Of a DNA stretch of 63,986 bases, positions 1 to 11,408 are shown piece by piece (within the stretch, counting starts at the first letter, position 1; every line of letters begins with the position of its first letter). The DNA comes from Microcaecilia unicolor (taxonomy: Eukaryota): positions 104,487,279 through 104,551,264 of the forward strand of contig NC_044037.1 in assembly GCF_901765095.1 (NCBI RefSeq). Direction: 5' to 3'. The notes under the pieces are model-generated. The model was not told where the DNA came from. It searched no databases and saw only the letters and a list, made by a program, of their open reading frames with translations. The position numbers and the translations under genes were made by a program.

Positions 1-437
1 GGGAAATTATAGACCGGTGAGTCTGACGTCGGTACCAGGCAAAATGGTAGAGGCTATTATCAAGAATAAAATTACAGAGCACATACAAAAACATGGGCTG
101 ATGAGACAAAGTCAGCACAGATTTAGTGAAGGGAAGTCTGGCCTCACCAATCTACTGCATTTTTTTGAGGGGGTGAACAAACATGTGGACAATGGGGAGC
201 CCGTGGATATTGTGTATCTGGATTTTCAAAAGGCGTTTGACAAAGTGCCTCATGAAAGACTCCTGAGGAAACTGGAGAGTCATGGGATCGGAGGTAGGGT
301 ATTACTATGGATGAAGAGCTGGTTGAAAGATAGGAAGCAAAGAGTAGGGTTGAATGGCCAGTATTCTCAGTGGAGAAGGGTAGTTAGCGGGGTCCCACAG
401 GGGTCTGTGTTGGGACCGCTGCTTTTTTTTTTTAATT
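1..437 (+). mobile_element. CR1/L2-clade LINE reverse-transcriptase fragment. Starts inside the element at the window edge and is truncated at a poly-T (the poly-A tail of the neighbouring minus-strand element).
   Basis: ORF 17..442 contains RT motifs (YLDFQKAFDKVPH, GSVLGPLLF). It is ~85% identical at protein level to the RT ORF at 53043..53876. Confidence 0.8.
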
Positions 438-2110
438 TATAAGCATCTTTATTAAGCATTGAAAACCAATACAACAGCAAGTAACTTTCCAAGATAATGC
501 AAAGTGCATAATAGAGAACACAATCTCAAAATACAAGAACATAGGTGTCATAAGAACACATGAGTACAAATTCTTTTTTTTATTATTCTTTATTTATGCT
601 TTTAAATACAATGTTCAAGGATAACCTTGTTCAGAAATGCAGGTAGAAATGAAAACTTATATTCCAAACTTTCACTTATAATAAATTTAAGAGAATACTT
701 AAAGAAAATACAATGATTGGAAAGTTTCTACAAACAAACAAACATAATATTTAACCTTTCTTAGACCTCAATTAACGTGAAGGGGGGAAAAAGAGTTAGA
801 GAAGTTAGATACAAACAAAATTTCAAATTAAAGAAATGGCTGCATTCTCTCCAGGTACTATTTCATTTCACTTGTTTCAATTCTACAAATGATTTAAGTT
901 GTTCCAGTGAAAAGAAAGTATATTTAGTTTGACCTAATTTCACTACACACTTGCATGGGTATGCAAGAAAAAAGGAAGCACCTATATCTATTGTCCTTTG
1001 TTTTAAAGCAAGAAACAACTTCCTTTTTTGTTGTGTAGACTTGGTGACGTCTGGGTAGATCCAAACTTTAGAACCATAGAATTGAGCTTTCAAATTTCTA
1101 AAATAAAGTCTTAAAATTGCATTGTAGTCTTGCTCAAACACCATAGATACACTCATTGTAGCTCTGTTCGTTATAATATCAGAAGATTGTTCCAAAATGT
1201 CAGAAATATTTTGTAAATCAAAATTGTCTTTCTCAGGACCTTGTACTCCTTCTCTAATTTTAGGAATATAATATATTTTGTTTAGCGGGGGTGTAGCCTC
1301 AGGAGGAAAATTCAAGATTTCTATCAGGTACTTCTTAAAGGTATCAATCAGAGTTACCCCCGCTATTACTGGAAAATTCAAAAATCGGAGATTTAGGCAC
1401 CTGTTGTAATTTTCAATTTGTTCAAGTTTACGTCTCATATCTATAGAATCCTTCGTAGTCACATTCTTAAAGGCATTCAAATTATCAACCTCTTTTTGTA
1501 TAGATTGTACTTGTTTTGTTATATTATTTTTAACAGAGTCTACGGTTTGTTTTAAGTCCTCAAACTTAGTATTTAGAGTAAGCACATCACCTGATGTCTT
1601 CTGAAGTGTAGTGGTAATCTGGTCCAACATCACCTTTAAAGTTTGCAGTGTCACCTCCTCAGTCTGTACCGTGGAAGACAAACTTCCAGCGAGTCTCCGA
1701 GTCGTTGCCTGCATACCTGGGTCCTCACTGGAAGCCCCTTTCGACACGCCATCCAAGTCGACGGGGTTTCCCACCATGGACGTTCTCGACATCGGGCTGG
1801 GAGGAATCAGTGAGATCGATGGTGGAGACAGGGAGACTTCCTCTCCCAGTAGGGCTTTTGATTCTCCAGACCTCCCCGCTATGGGATCCTCTCCCCGAAG
1901 CCTGGGAACACCGGGGGAAAAAACGCTCCAGCGATGTTTGAGCCGGAGAGGGAGTTGAGATAGGTGGAGGCACTATCCTCAAAACTCCCTTATATTTAGT
2001 ATGGGGCATTTTCGCCGAGGAAAAAAAGAATTTCAGCGCAAATCTCACAGAGCGTTCTCACCAACCATCCGATGCGGCAGCCATCTTGAATTTCCCCCAC
2101 ATGAGTACAA
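424..2110 (-). mobile_element. L1-derived ORF1-only ('half-L1'/HAL1-like) non-autonomous element with a poly(A) tail.
   Basis: Intact 309-aa ORF (1792 to 863, minus) with a coiled-coil N-terminus, an L1 ORF1p RRM-like motif (ENYNRCLNLRFLNFP) and a CTD-like motif (YPDVTK...AYPCK). No ORF2 follows. The minus-strand poly(A) is at 424-437. A 'caagatggc' 5' motif near 2085 is shared with the copy at 47091. Confidence 0.6.
863..1792 (-). CDS. L1 ORF1p-like protein (Transposase_22-like; coiled coil + RRM + CTD). The ORF is intact.
   Basis: Six-frame ORF of 309 aa. Motifs as above. It is homologous to the degraded copy at 47090-48830. Confidence 0.6.
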   Translation of the reverse strand: MSRTSMVGNPVDLDGVSKGASSEDPGMQATTRRLAGSLSSTVQTEEVTLQTLKVMLDQITTTLQKTSGDVLTLNTKFEDLKQTVDSVKNNITKQVQSIQKEVDNLNAFKNVTTKDSIDMRRKLEQIENYNRCLNLRFLNFPVIAGVTLIDTFKKYLIEILNFPPEATPPLNKIYYIPKIREGVQGPEKDNFDLQNISDILEQSSDIITNRATMSVSMVFEQDYNAILRLYFRNLKAQFYGSKVWIYPDVTKSTQQKRKLFLALKQRTIDIGASFFLAYPCKCVVKLGQTKYTFFSLEQLKSFVELKQVK

Positions 2111-4753
2111 ATTCAATGCATACATGGATACTAACTATACCCTTATTTTTCAGGTTTTATACCCCCCTAACCCCCCCTGCAAAGCCGACCCAATGATCCG
2201 CCTCAGCCAACGCATCCCCATCCTAATACCCCCCCCCCCCAGAAGCCCTCCCCCCCCTTTCATCCATCCATAAACAAATAAACTGAATAAGTAGTCACCA
2301 GTCATGCAGGGCAATGTTGAACAAAAGGTTCCCATATCTTTTCCCATCTGGGCAATGTCACCGCTGTCAAATGTTCCATCTCACATATGTACCTCACCTT
2401 AGCAACCCACCCGCTCAGCGATGGGACACTGGGAGATTTCCAAAGCTTCGCCAAGTGTATTCGAGCAGCCTGCAAGGCCCCCCGCACCAGTAAAAATTGA
2501 GACCCTGTAACACCCACTGGCCTCTGTCCAAGCAAAAATACCGCAGGATGCCACTGTACAGGAATGCCCACCCAAGCCTGAATACGCGACTGAACAGCCC
2601 TCCAATAGGCCCTCGCCTTAGGACACAGCCACAAAATATGTACCATGGTTCCCAATTCTCCACATCCTCTCCAACACCGGGCAGACTCCGTATTAAACAT
2701 ATGGTGCAGTCTCACAGGAGTCAGGTACCATCGGTAAAAAACCTTAACCACATTCTCCTTCACAGCCACAGATAAAGAGGACTTCAAAAGCCCCCTCTCC
2801 AACCGCATCCAAGTCTCCTCCGATAAAGTAAAATCCAACTCCTTCTCCTAGTTTTTTCTGTGTAAAAGATAAGGTTTAAGGCGCTGGCTCAAATACCCAT
2901 ACAAGGAAGTGATCATCCCTCGGGTACTCCCGGAGGCAACACACAACTCTTCTAGAAGGTCAACATCCCTAAACAAACAAGCCCTATACATAGGACTCTG
3001 CAGAAAATGCTTCAGTTGTAAATAAGCATACTGATCTTGAGGCCGAAGACGAAAGCCCTCAACTAATGTCTCGAAAGAAACAAACACTCCTTCCTCACAA
3101 AGCTGCCCCCACATATTCAAGCCCAACTCCTCCCACCGCTGAAAAGTCGTCCTCTCCATCCCCAGCCCAAACAAAGGGTTATCTCCAATCGGCACTAGCC
3201 TAGATAAAAAGGGCTGACGTGCCGGGAACAGAAGATCCCAATAGTAAACAGTGGCGTGAACTACAGGTGGAAACCGTTCAACCCATCCTCTGTGCTTACT
3301 GGGAAGCCACATTAATTGCCCCAACCTACACGAACCTACCAGGGACTGTTCAATATGGACCCACAATTTATGATCCTCCTTCCAAAACTACTCTATGGCC
3401 GATGTAGCTTGAGCAGCACAGTAATACCAAAAAAGGTTAGGCACTCCCAACCCTCCATCTCGCCTACATTTATACAAAAAGGCTCTCGGTAAACGCGGAC
3501 GTTTTTGATTCCAAATAAAACTAATCAACCTGGCTTGCAGGCTAGATAAAAAGGACCTTGATAAACACAAAGGAAGAACCTGAAACAGATACAATAACCT
3601 AGGAAGAACATTCATTTTAAGCACAGCAATCCGCCCAAACCAAGAAAGACCAACAGCATTCCAACGGTCCAAATCGCTATGAATCGCCTTTTGAAGAGCC
3701 AGATAATTAACAGCGAATAACTCCAACAAATTCCAAGGAATCTGTACCCCTAAATATCTAAGATCTCGAGTAGACCATTTAAAGGCAAAAGATGTCCTCA
3801 ACGTCTCCTTTAATCCCGGTGGCACATGCACCGCCATACCAATAGACTTACTCATATTTAGCTTATAAGCAGACACCCCCGAGTATGCCTCAATTTCTTT
3901 CAGTAGGTTCAGAAGAGACACCAACGGACGAGTCAAAGACAGGAGAACATCATCTGCAAATAATGCAATCTTAAATTCCTTGCCTCCCTCTGTTACATCA
4001 GAAATATCCACACTCTCCCTGATAGCAGATGCCAAAGGTTCCATAGCTAGTGCAAAGAGAAGATAACGGACACCCCTGGTGAGTGCCCCTCTCCAAAGAA
4101 AAAACCCTCGAGTGGCCACCATTGATTTTCACACAAGCCTTAGGAGAAGTATAGAACGCCTTGATCCGTATTCTAAACAACGGTCCCACTCCAAATTTTT
4201 CCAAGACCTTACCAAGATATCCCCAATGAACCCTGTCAAAGGCCTTTTCAGCATCAAGACCCAACAGGACCATAGGCAGGCTCTTCTTTTGTGAGACATA
4301 AAGTAAATCCAAAGTTCTTCTAATGTTATCCATAGCCTGTCTCCCTGCCACAAACCCCACCTGATCAGGATGACTCAAAATAGGAAGCAACTTAGCCAAG
4401 CGATTAGCAAGCACCTTAGCCCAAATTTTAACATCCGTATTTAAGATGGAAATAGGACGTTATGATGAACATTCAGTTACATCTTTCTCCGGCTTCGGAA
4501 TGACAGCCAACCAGGCCTCCATCATGAATTTCGGCAAAAATGCACCTTCTCTCACCGAATTAATTACCAGTGTCAAGTATGGTGCCAACTCTCCTGCAAA
4601 GACCTTAAAAAACTCATTGGTAAATCCATCTAAACCTGGAACTTTACTCGTCGGTAATTCCTTAATAACCCCCAAAACCTCCTCCACTGTCACCGAGGTG
4701 TCCAACTCCCTCCTCTGTTGTTCAGTCAAGGCCGACAAACTTTGAGCGTTCAA

Positions 4754-5573
4754 ATAGTTATCAATATCCCTGTGACGTCTGTGCTCACCTCACCCTCTGG
4801 TGGCCAGAACCGGTGGCTGCTATGAACTATAGACTGTCTTGCTGTTCCTGCCCGTTCCAGACTTTAGCCTAGTCCAGTCCGGATCTTCCAGGCTGCCAAA
4901 CTTACTCTTCTTGTTTGTCCATGATCAGCACCCGTAGCTGCCTGGTGATTGCTGCAGCTGAAGCCTCAGCTGCTGCTAGGCTTATTAGCCATTCTGAAAT
5001 CTTTCTGCTTGCCTTTGCATTGCGTCTAAGGCCCTGGTATGTTGGGGTGCTGGTGCACTTCTGCTGTTCCCAGTTTCTAGTTTATTCCTGCCTTGATTCT
5101 TGTCTGTTCTTGCTAGTCTATGGATAGTTAGATTAGATTGTTGTTTGTTTGTTTGTTTGTTTGTTTGTTTGCTTGTCTTGTCTCTGAGTTGTAGTTCTCT
5201 GTTAGTCCTTGTCTGTTTGTATCTTACTGGCTGCTCTGCAGCTTTTAGTTTTGTGTCTTGTTAGTCAGTGTTTTGCTCCCTGTTTTAGTGGCTGTTTTCA
5301 GCTTTCAGTCCTGTCCTTTATCCTTTCCCTGCCTTGCTGTCCCTGTGCTGCCTAGCTGCTATCTAGTCCTGCCCTGTCCAGTAAGTCCTGCCGGCCACCT
5401 GAAGCCTGGAGCTCAACTCTTGGTGAAAGGTGGCCAGGTGCAGGTGAAGCCTAACTATTTGTCAGAAATCTGCCCTGTCTCTAGCGTGGGGTGGTTTTGC
5501 CTGCCACTGCCGCTCCTCGGCAGTGGTCCAAGGGCTCACAATCTAGTTTCCTGCTTGTATGCATGACAATCCC
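4754..5573. repeat. Unclassified insertion interrupting the L1 ORF2 between the EN-linker and the RT. It contains a (GTTT)n microsatellite at ~5138-5182.
   Basis: The ORF2 reading frame is lost between 5574 and 4753. There is a GTTT x~10 tract, and the 3' end (..caagggctcacaatctag..) resembles the MIR-like SINE core. Confidence 0.45.
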
Positions 5574-6713
5574 TCACCTGTACAGTGGCATCTTCCTTGT
5601 ATAGCTTTTCAAAAAATTGTGCAAACCGTTCCCGGATACTAGTAGATTTCTGTAACTGAGCCCCCCTTCATCCCGAACTCGCAAAATATGCCTATCTGCT
5701 CTCAACTTTCTCAACTTGGTAGCCAACAAACGCCCAGGCTTATTAGTACATTCATAATTAACTTGCCGCAGTTGTGCATGCACAGATTTCAGACTCTCAT
5801 CATGCAATGCAGCCAATTCTAATTGCACCGCCTGAAGCGTCTGATAATCTGACATAGAGCCAAAGGCCTTATACTTATCTTCCAGAGCTCCTAATCTTTC
5901 CATACAATTAGCCAGACGAGCCCTTTGAGCCCTAGCCCGATTACTTGCACATTTAATAAAGTATCCCCTTGAAACAGCCTTAAAAGCATCCCACACTACA
6001 CCCAAAGATGGCCCCAATTCCAGGTTAATTTCAAAATACTCTTTCAAAATAGGAACAAAGTTGTTAACAATATGTGACTCTTGTAGCAAACAATTATTAA
6101 ATGTCCATCTCCGATCCCGAACCTTCTCTCTTAAATCTGGAAGAATAGCCCAGACTGGAGCATGATCCGAAATAGTAGTATGCCCTATGAATGAGTCTCC
6201 ACCTCCATCTGACAGGGATTTGTCAAAAAAAATATATAATCCAACCACGAATGAGTCAAATGAACCGGGGAATAGAAAGTATAGTCCCTTTCCCTTGAAT
6301 GCCCAAGCCTCCAGACATCATAAAGACCCATAGAATCTACCAACCCTCCCAAAGCCTGAGAGAGTCTATATCAGTCGAAGCAGGAGTAGCAGAGCGATCC
6401 AACCTCGGCTGCATAGTAGCATTAAAATCCCCCGCCACCAGCAACTTGCCCCGCACAAAAGTCTGCAGAGCTCACCGAAGACGATAAAAAAAGATGTCCT
6501 GGTGCTCATTTGGTGCATAAACACAAGCCAAAGTATACTCCTCCTGCTCCAACAAGACATGTAGAAAAAGAAAACGACCCCCAGGGTCTCTCTTCAAGTG
6601 CAGGAGCTGCACCTGCAGATCCTTATGAAACATAATAGCCACTCCTCTCTTTTTAGCCCCCTGTGCATCCGACGCATAATACAAAAGCGGATATTGAGTA
6701 AAGAATAACAAAC

Positions 6714-7049
6714 CAGTGGCGTACCAAGGGGGAGGGCGGTGGGGGTGGTCCGCCCCGGGTGCACAACGCGCCTGGGGGATGCCACGCCGGTCAGCGTTGT
6801 TGGTTTCCATGCTCCCTCTGCCCCAGAACAGGTTACTTCCTGTTCCGGGGCAGAGGGAGCATGGAAACCAACGACGCTGACTGGCGCGCGGCACCCCCCC
6901 CCCCCAGCGGCGTGCACCCGGGGGGGGTTCTTTCGCCGGTGTCCCTTCGCCGGGGGGGGGGGGGGGGGATCGCGCTGCACCCAGGGGGGGCGGGGGCGGG
7001 GCGCATCGGCGATCCGCCCCGGGTGTCAGCGCCCCTCGGAACGCCACTG
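6714..7049. mobile_element. hAT-like foldback MITE (CAGTGGCG.. family, subfamily with a central long hairpin), inserted in the L1 EN domain.
   Basis: Termini cagtggcgtacc.../...gaacgccactg. Perfect 8-bp TSD TAACAAAC at 6706-6713 and 7050-7057. Central ~45-bp stem hairpin at ~6790-6883. Confidence 0.75.
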
Positions 7050-7742
7050 TAACAAACCTTCATGTTTTCTCAAGAAATGAGTTTCCTGTAAGAAAACCAC
7101 ATGTAGGTTTACCATACGCAGCTCCTTGAGCAAAGAATGCCGTTTAAATGGAGAATTCAAACCCTTAATATTGTAAGTTAGTACCCTACATTCACCCATT
7201 GACATAATATCCCTCAGAATAATTGCACAGATGAAAGGCTAAAGCCCGTCCCACCTTCCCACCCAACCTTCCCCCTAAGCCCTGATCCCCCTTCCCCCCC
7301 CTACACACCACCAAACAGAAGACACAAGCCCTCTGAGTGGGAAAACCAGGAAGTAAGTCTCACATATAAGACACACCCAGCTCACCTCCCCCCACCCAAC
7401 TCCCTTGCCCCTATCAACAACCTTTCCAATCCACCCATACACTGACTCATCCATAGAAAGCGCTGAATCTGACTCCGACTCCGACAGAGAAGCAGGAGCT
7501 GCAGCTTCGTGGTGCACAACGGCCTTCCCAGCCGAGCACCCTGAACTTCAAGTCGCGGCTTTTCTTCCCGCCATTGAAGATTTACTCATAATTGCTGGAC
7601 ACGATTGCTGGACACCTCCTACTCCTTTTCGCAAGTATTTAAGCCTTTTACAACCCCTGCAGCCAGGTGTATCGCTACTTTTCAGGAGCCAGATGAAGGA
7701 GAAAGCAAACTAGGCTGCCATATCGTGTAGTGACATCACTTC

Positions 7743-9030
7743 CTCCTCGGGACCACTGCTTTTTAACATATTTATAAATGACCTAGAGATGGGAGTAACT
7801 AGTGAGGTAATTAAATTTGCAGATGACACAAAATTATTCAGGGTTGTCAAGTCGCAGGAGGAGTGTGAAAGATTACAGGAGGACCTCGCGAGACTGGGGG
7901 ATTGGGCATGCAAGTGGCAGATGAAGTTCAATGTTGACAAGTGCAAAGTGATGCATATGGGTAAGAGGAACCCGAATTACAGCTATGTCATGCAAGGTTC
8001 CGCGTTAGGAGTTACGGCAGGTGGGGGGAAGAGGGGTTGGTGGTTGGGAGGCTAGGATAGGGGAGGGCAGACTTATATGGTCTGTACCAGAGCCGATGAT
8101 GGGAGGCGGGACTGGTGGTTGGGAGGCGGGAAATACTGCTGGGCAGACTTATACGGTCTGTGCCCTGAAAAGGACAGGTACAAATTCAAGGTAAGTTATA
8201 CACATATGAGTTTGTCTTGGGCAGACTGGATGGACCATGCAGGTCTTTTTCTGCCATCATCTACTATGTTACTATGTTACTATGGACCTAGAAAGGGATC
8301 TGGGAGTCATCGTGGATAAGCCGTAAAAAACTTCTGCTCAGTGTGCTGCGCCGGCTAAGAAAGCGCACAGAATGTTGAGTATTATTAGGAAAGGGATGGA
8401 AAACAAACATGAGGATGTTATAATGCCATTGTATCGCTCCACTGTGCGACCGCACCTCGAGTATTGTGTCCAATTCTGGTCGCCGCATCTCAAAAGAGAT
8501 ATAAAGGAATTAGAAAAGGTGCAGAGAAGGGTGATGAAAATGATAAAGGGAATGGACTTCTCTATGAGGAAAGGCTGAGAAGGTTAGGGCTCTTCAGCTT
8601 GGAGAAAAGGCGGCTGAGGGGTGATATGATAGAAGTCTGCAAGATAATGAACGGAGTAGAGCGGACAGATGTGAAACGTTTGTTTACACTTTCAAACAAC
8701 AAGAAAACCATGGGACACAAGATGAAGCTAGAATATGGTAGATTTAAAACAAATAGGAGAAAGGTTTTCTTTACTCAGCGTGAAGTTAGACTCTGGAACT
8801 CGTTGCTGGAGAATGTAGTGACAGCAGCTGGCCTTACGGAATTTAAAGGGGGTTTGGACAGATTCCTGAGGGAAAAGTCAATTGAACATTATTAATTTTT
8901 TTTTTTGGGGGGTGGGGGTTACCGGGTTCTTGAAGCCTGGATTGGCTGCTGTCGGAGACAGGATGCTGGGCTTGATGGACCCTTGGTCTTTTCCCAGTAT
9001 GGCGGTGCTCATGTACTTATGTACTTGTGA
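7743..9030 (+). mobile_element. CR1/L2-clade LINE 3' portion (RT C-terminus + 3' UTR ending in a TTATGTAC repeat). It carries a ~270-bp internal insertion at ~8016-8287.
   Basis: ORFs 7789..8055, 8372..8578 and 8464..8895 match the RT C-terminus of the 53043 copy (FADDTKLF, KCKVMHMGK, HLEYCVQFWSPHLK, LGLFSLEKRRLRGDMI). The 3' end ..ctggattggctgctgtcgg..gtacttatgtacttgtg is shared with 54470-54590. Confidence 0.75.
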
Positions 9031-9862
9031 ATTTTCAATTGTAAATATTTTATTCCTTTAAACATCACTTTTCTTGCATTCCACTCTGCCTGTGGTGAGC
9101 CCTCACTTCTGGGGCTTTCAAAAGAGTAGTAGCAGTTAGACACCTCAGTAGCACAGGCCTTGGGAGCCTGAACTCATTGGATCTGGTAGCGTATGGCAGT
9201 CAGCGGCTTTTAAATTGCTGACAGCCATGGATTGAATTAAGCCTGGATATTCAATGCCAAGCCACGTCTGGACTCCGACATTGAATATCCACATAAGTGC
9301 AGTCATCTGGAAGTTAACCGGGCGCCAGCTGGTATCCAGATCAGTGCCTGGTTAGCTCTGCGGAAAAGCTATGACACCCTTTTTGCTATCCTAACTGTAT
9401 GCACTTAACTGGTTAAGTGCCAAGTTCTGCCCCTCGCATTCACCAGACAGTAGACCTTCATCATGGGTCAACAAAAACTTCTCCACATAAAAGCAAGTGG
9501 GTCAAAATGCCACAGTAACAGTACACCTATGATGTGGCTGGTGGGGATCCCCAAGCCCCGCCATCTGAAAACTCTCAACACTTCTCCCTGTTCTGACCTG
9601 GTTTTACAGTCTGCTTCACTGACACAGATTACTCAGTAATTACTGTGTATTCTTTTGGATTCGTATTAGGTAAATGAGACTTTTATTAGAGGTTCTAAAA
9701 TCTAAGATGCACAATGAGATATATATATATATAACTGAAAAGAAACAATGATATCTATCTATAGTTAAACAATACCTATCTATAAACAATCATTACATCA
9801 CTGGTCCCTACATCCAAGCAATGCTAGGAGTTTTTTGACCAGGAAAAGCAATAATAAACTAT

Positions 9863-10725
9863 ACTACTACTACTACAACTACTACAAATCATTTCTCTAG
9901 CGCTACCAGTCGTACGCAGCGCTTCACAATTGAACATGAAGAAAAGACAGTCCCTGCTCAAAAGAGCTTACAATCTAAATCAGGACAGACAGACAGGACA
10001 AATAAGGGATAAGGGAAGGACAGATAGATAGGACACATAGGGAAAAGGGACTATTGAAGAGAGGAAGACAAGATAAAGGTTATGAGCAGGTGACAGGTTA
10101 GGAATTGAAAGCAGCATCAAGCAGGTAGGCCTTTAGCCCGGATTTGAAGGCGGCCAGGGATGGAGCTTGACGTAATGGCTCAGGAAGTTTATTCCAGGCA
10201 TAAGGTGCGACGAGATAAAAGGAACGGAGTCTGGAGTTAGCGATGGAGGAGAAGGGTGCAATTAGGAGAGATTTGCCTAGTGAACGGAGTTCCTGGGAAG
10301 GAGTGTAGGGAAAGATGAGGGTGGAGAGGTAGTGAGGGGCAGCAGAGTGAATGCACTTATAGGTTAATAAGAGGAGCTTGAATTGTATACGCAAACGGAT
10401 AGGGAGCCAGTGAAGTGACTTCAGAAGAGGGCTGATATGGGCATAGCGACTTTGGCAAAATATTAATCGTGCAGCAGAATTTTGAACAGATTGAAGAGGA
10501 GAGAGATGGTTGAGTGGAAGACCTGTAAGAAGCAAGTGGTGAGAAACAGTAGTCCTACTACTACTACTACTACTATTTAGCATTTCTATAGCGCTACAAG
10601 GCGTACGCAGCGCTGCACAAACATAGAAGAAAGACAGTCCCTGCTCAAAGAGCTTACAATCTAATAGTCCAAGCAAGAGATGAGAGTGTGGATGAAGGTT
10701 CTGGTAGAGTGCTCAGAAACAATCA
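9863..10725 (-). mobile_element. Composite insertion of MIR-like (CORE-SINE/L2-3'-tail-related) repeat copies ending in (TAG)n tails. The body carries a conserved ORF-like segment (..SLHWLPIRLRIQFKLL..).
   Basis: The (TAC)n tract plus 'gacagtccctgctcaaa.gagcttacaatcta' (minus strand: tagattgtaagctc..gagcagggactgtc..(tag)n) occurs at 9863-9960 and again at 10555-10680. ORF 10098..10676 (minus) is homologous to ORF 40501..40842 (plus). Confidence 0.5.
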
Positions 10726-10910
10726 TCACTGGTCCTTACATCAGCCAGACTCTTATCAACAGCTAGGGGGGGGGGGGCCCTGTTCACAGCAAAAACCAGG
10801 AGTTTCTTTGACCAGGAAATATGGTTCTTTGCGCAGTATGTACTCACAGATGAGCTCTCAATTTTACTGACAGAAACTCCCTTTTTGATTAGGCTGTTCA
10901 GAGTTAAGGA

Positions 10911-11104
10911 AAAGGGTATGATACATACCTGTAGCAGGTGTTCTCCGAGGACAGCAGGCTGATTGTTCTCACGACTGGGTGACGTCCGCGGCAGCCCCCA
11001 CCAACCGGAAAGAAGCTTCGCGGGACGGTCGGCACGCAGGGCACGCCCACCGCGCATGCGCGGCCGTCTTCCCGCCCGTGCGCGACCGCTCCCGCCAGTT
11101 GAAT
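10911..11104. repeat. DIRS inverted terminal repeat (3' ITR relative to the minus-strand element).
   Basis: ~163 bp reverse-complementary to 16818-16982. The outer 31 bp are unique and complementary to the ICR. Confidence 0.85.
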
Positions 11105-11154
11105 GACTAGCAAAAGATGAAACACACAACTCCAAAGGGGAGGAGGGAAGGTAG

Positions 11155-11253
11155 GTGAGAACAATCAGCCTGCTGTCCTCGGAGAACACCTGCTACAGGT
11201 ATGTATCATACCCTTTCTCCGAGGACAAGCAGGCTGCTTGTTCTCACGACTGG
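11155..11253. repeat. DIRS internal complementary region (ICR).
   Basis: The left half is identical to the reverse complement of the outer end of the 10911 ITR. The right half is complementary to the outer end of the 16982 ITR. Confidence 0.8.
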
Positions 11254-11408
11254 GATATCCCTAGCTCTCAGGCTCACTCAAAACAAGAACCCAGGTCAAT
11301 GGAACCTCGCAACGGCGAGGAAACAACAGAAATTGACCTACGAAGAACAACTAACTGAGAGTGCAGCCTGACCAGAATAAATTCGGGTCCTGGAGGGTGG
11401 AGTTGGAT

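Larger units (their letters stand above)
2302..7205 (-). mobile_element. L1-like ORF2 (APE endonuclease + reverse transcriptase + C-terminal domain) pseudogene. It is interrupted by a hAT MITE (6714-7049) and an ~0.8 kb insertion (4754-5573).
   Basis: Minus-strand ORFs carry the following: EN N-terminus MSMGECRVLTYNIKGLNSPFKR..LQETH (7205 to 7060); the EN start motif AIMFHKDL...VYAPNEHQ and EN end SDHAP; the RT segment LDAEKAFDRVHW...FADD; and the C-terminal parts at 2302..3366. Confidence 0.8.

Noticed and set aside
6472-7047. The 191-aa minus-strand ORF looked like one continuous protein.
   Set aside because: Only the last ~55 aa (GVAIMFHKDL..VYAPNEHQ) are L1 endonuclease. The Pro/Gly/Ala-rich N-terminal part is read-through of the GC-rich hAT MITE inserted at 6714-7049.
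10098-10676. 192-aa ORF (..SLHWLPIRLRIQFKLL..) considered as a host protein-coding exon.
   Set aside because: The same ORF-like segment recurs at 40501..40842 inside an interspersed repeat with a SINE-like tail and (TAG)n microsatellite. It is repeat-derived, not a unique gene.
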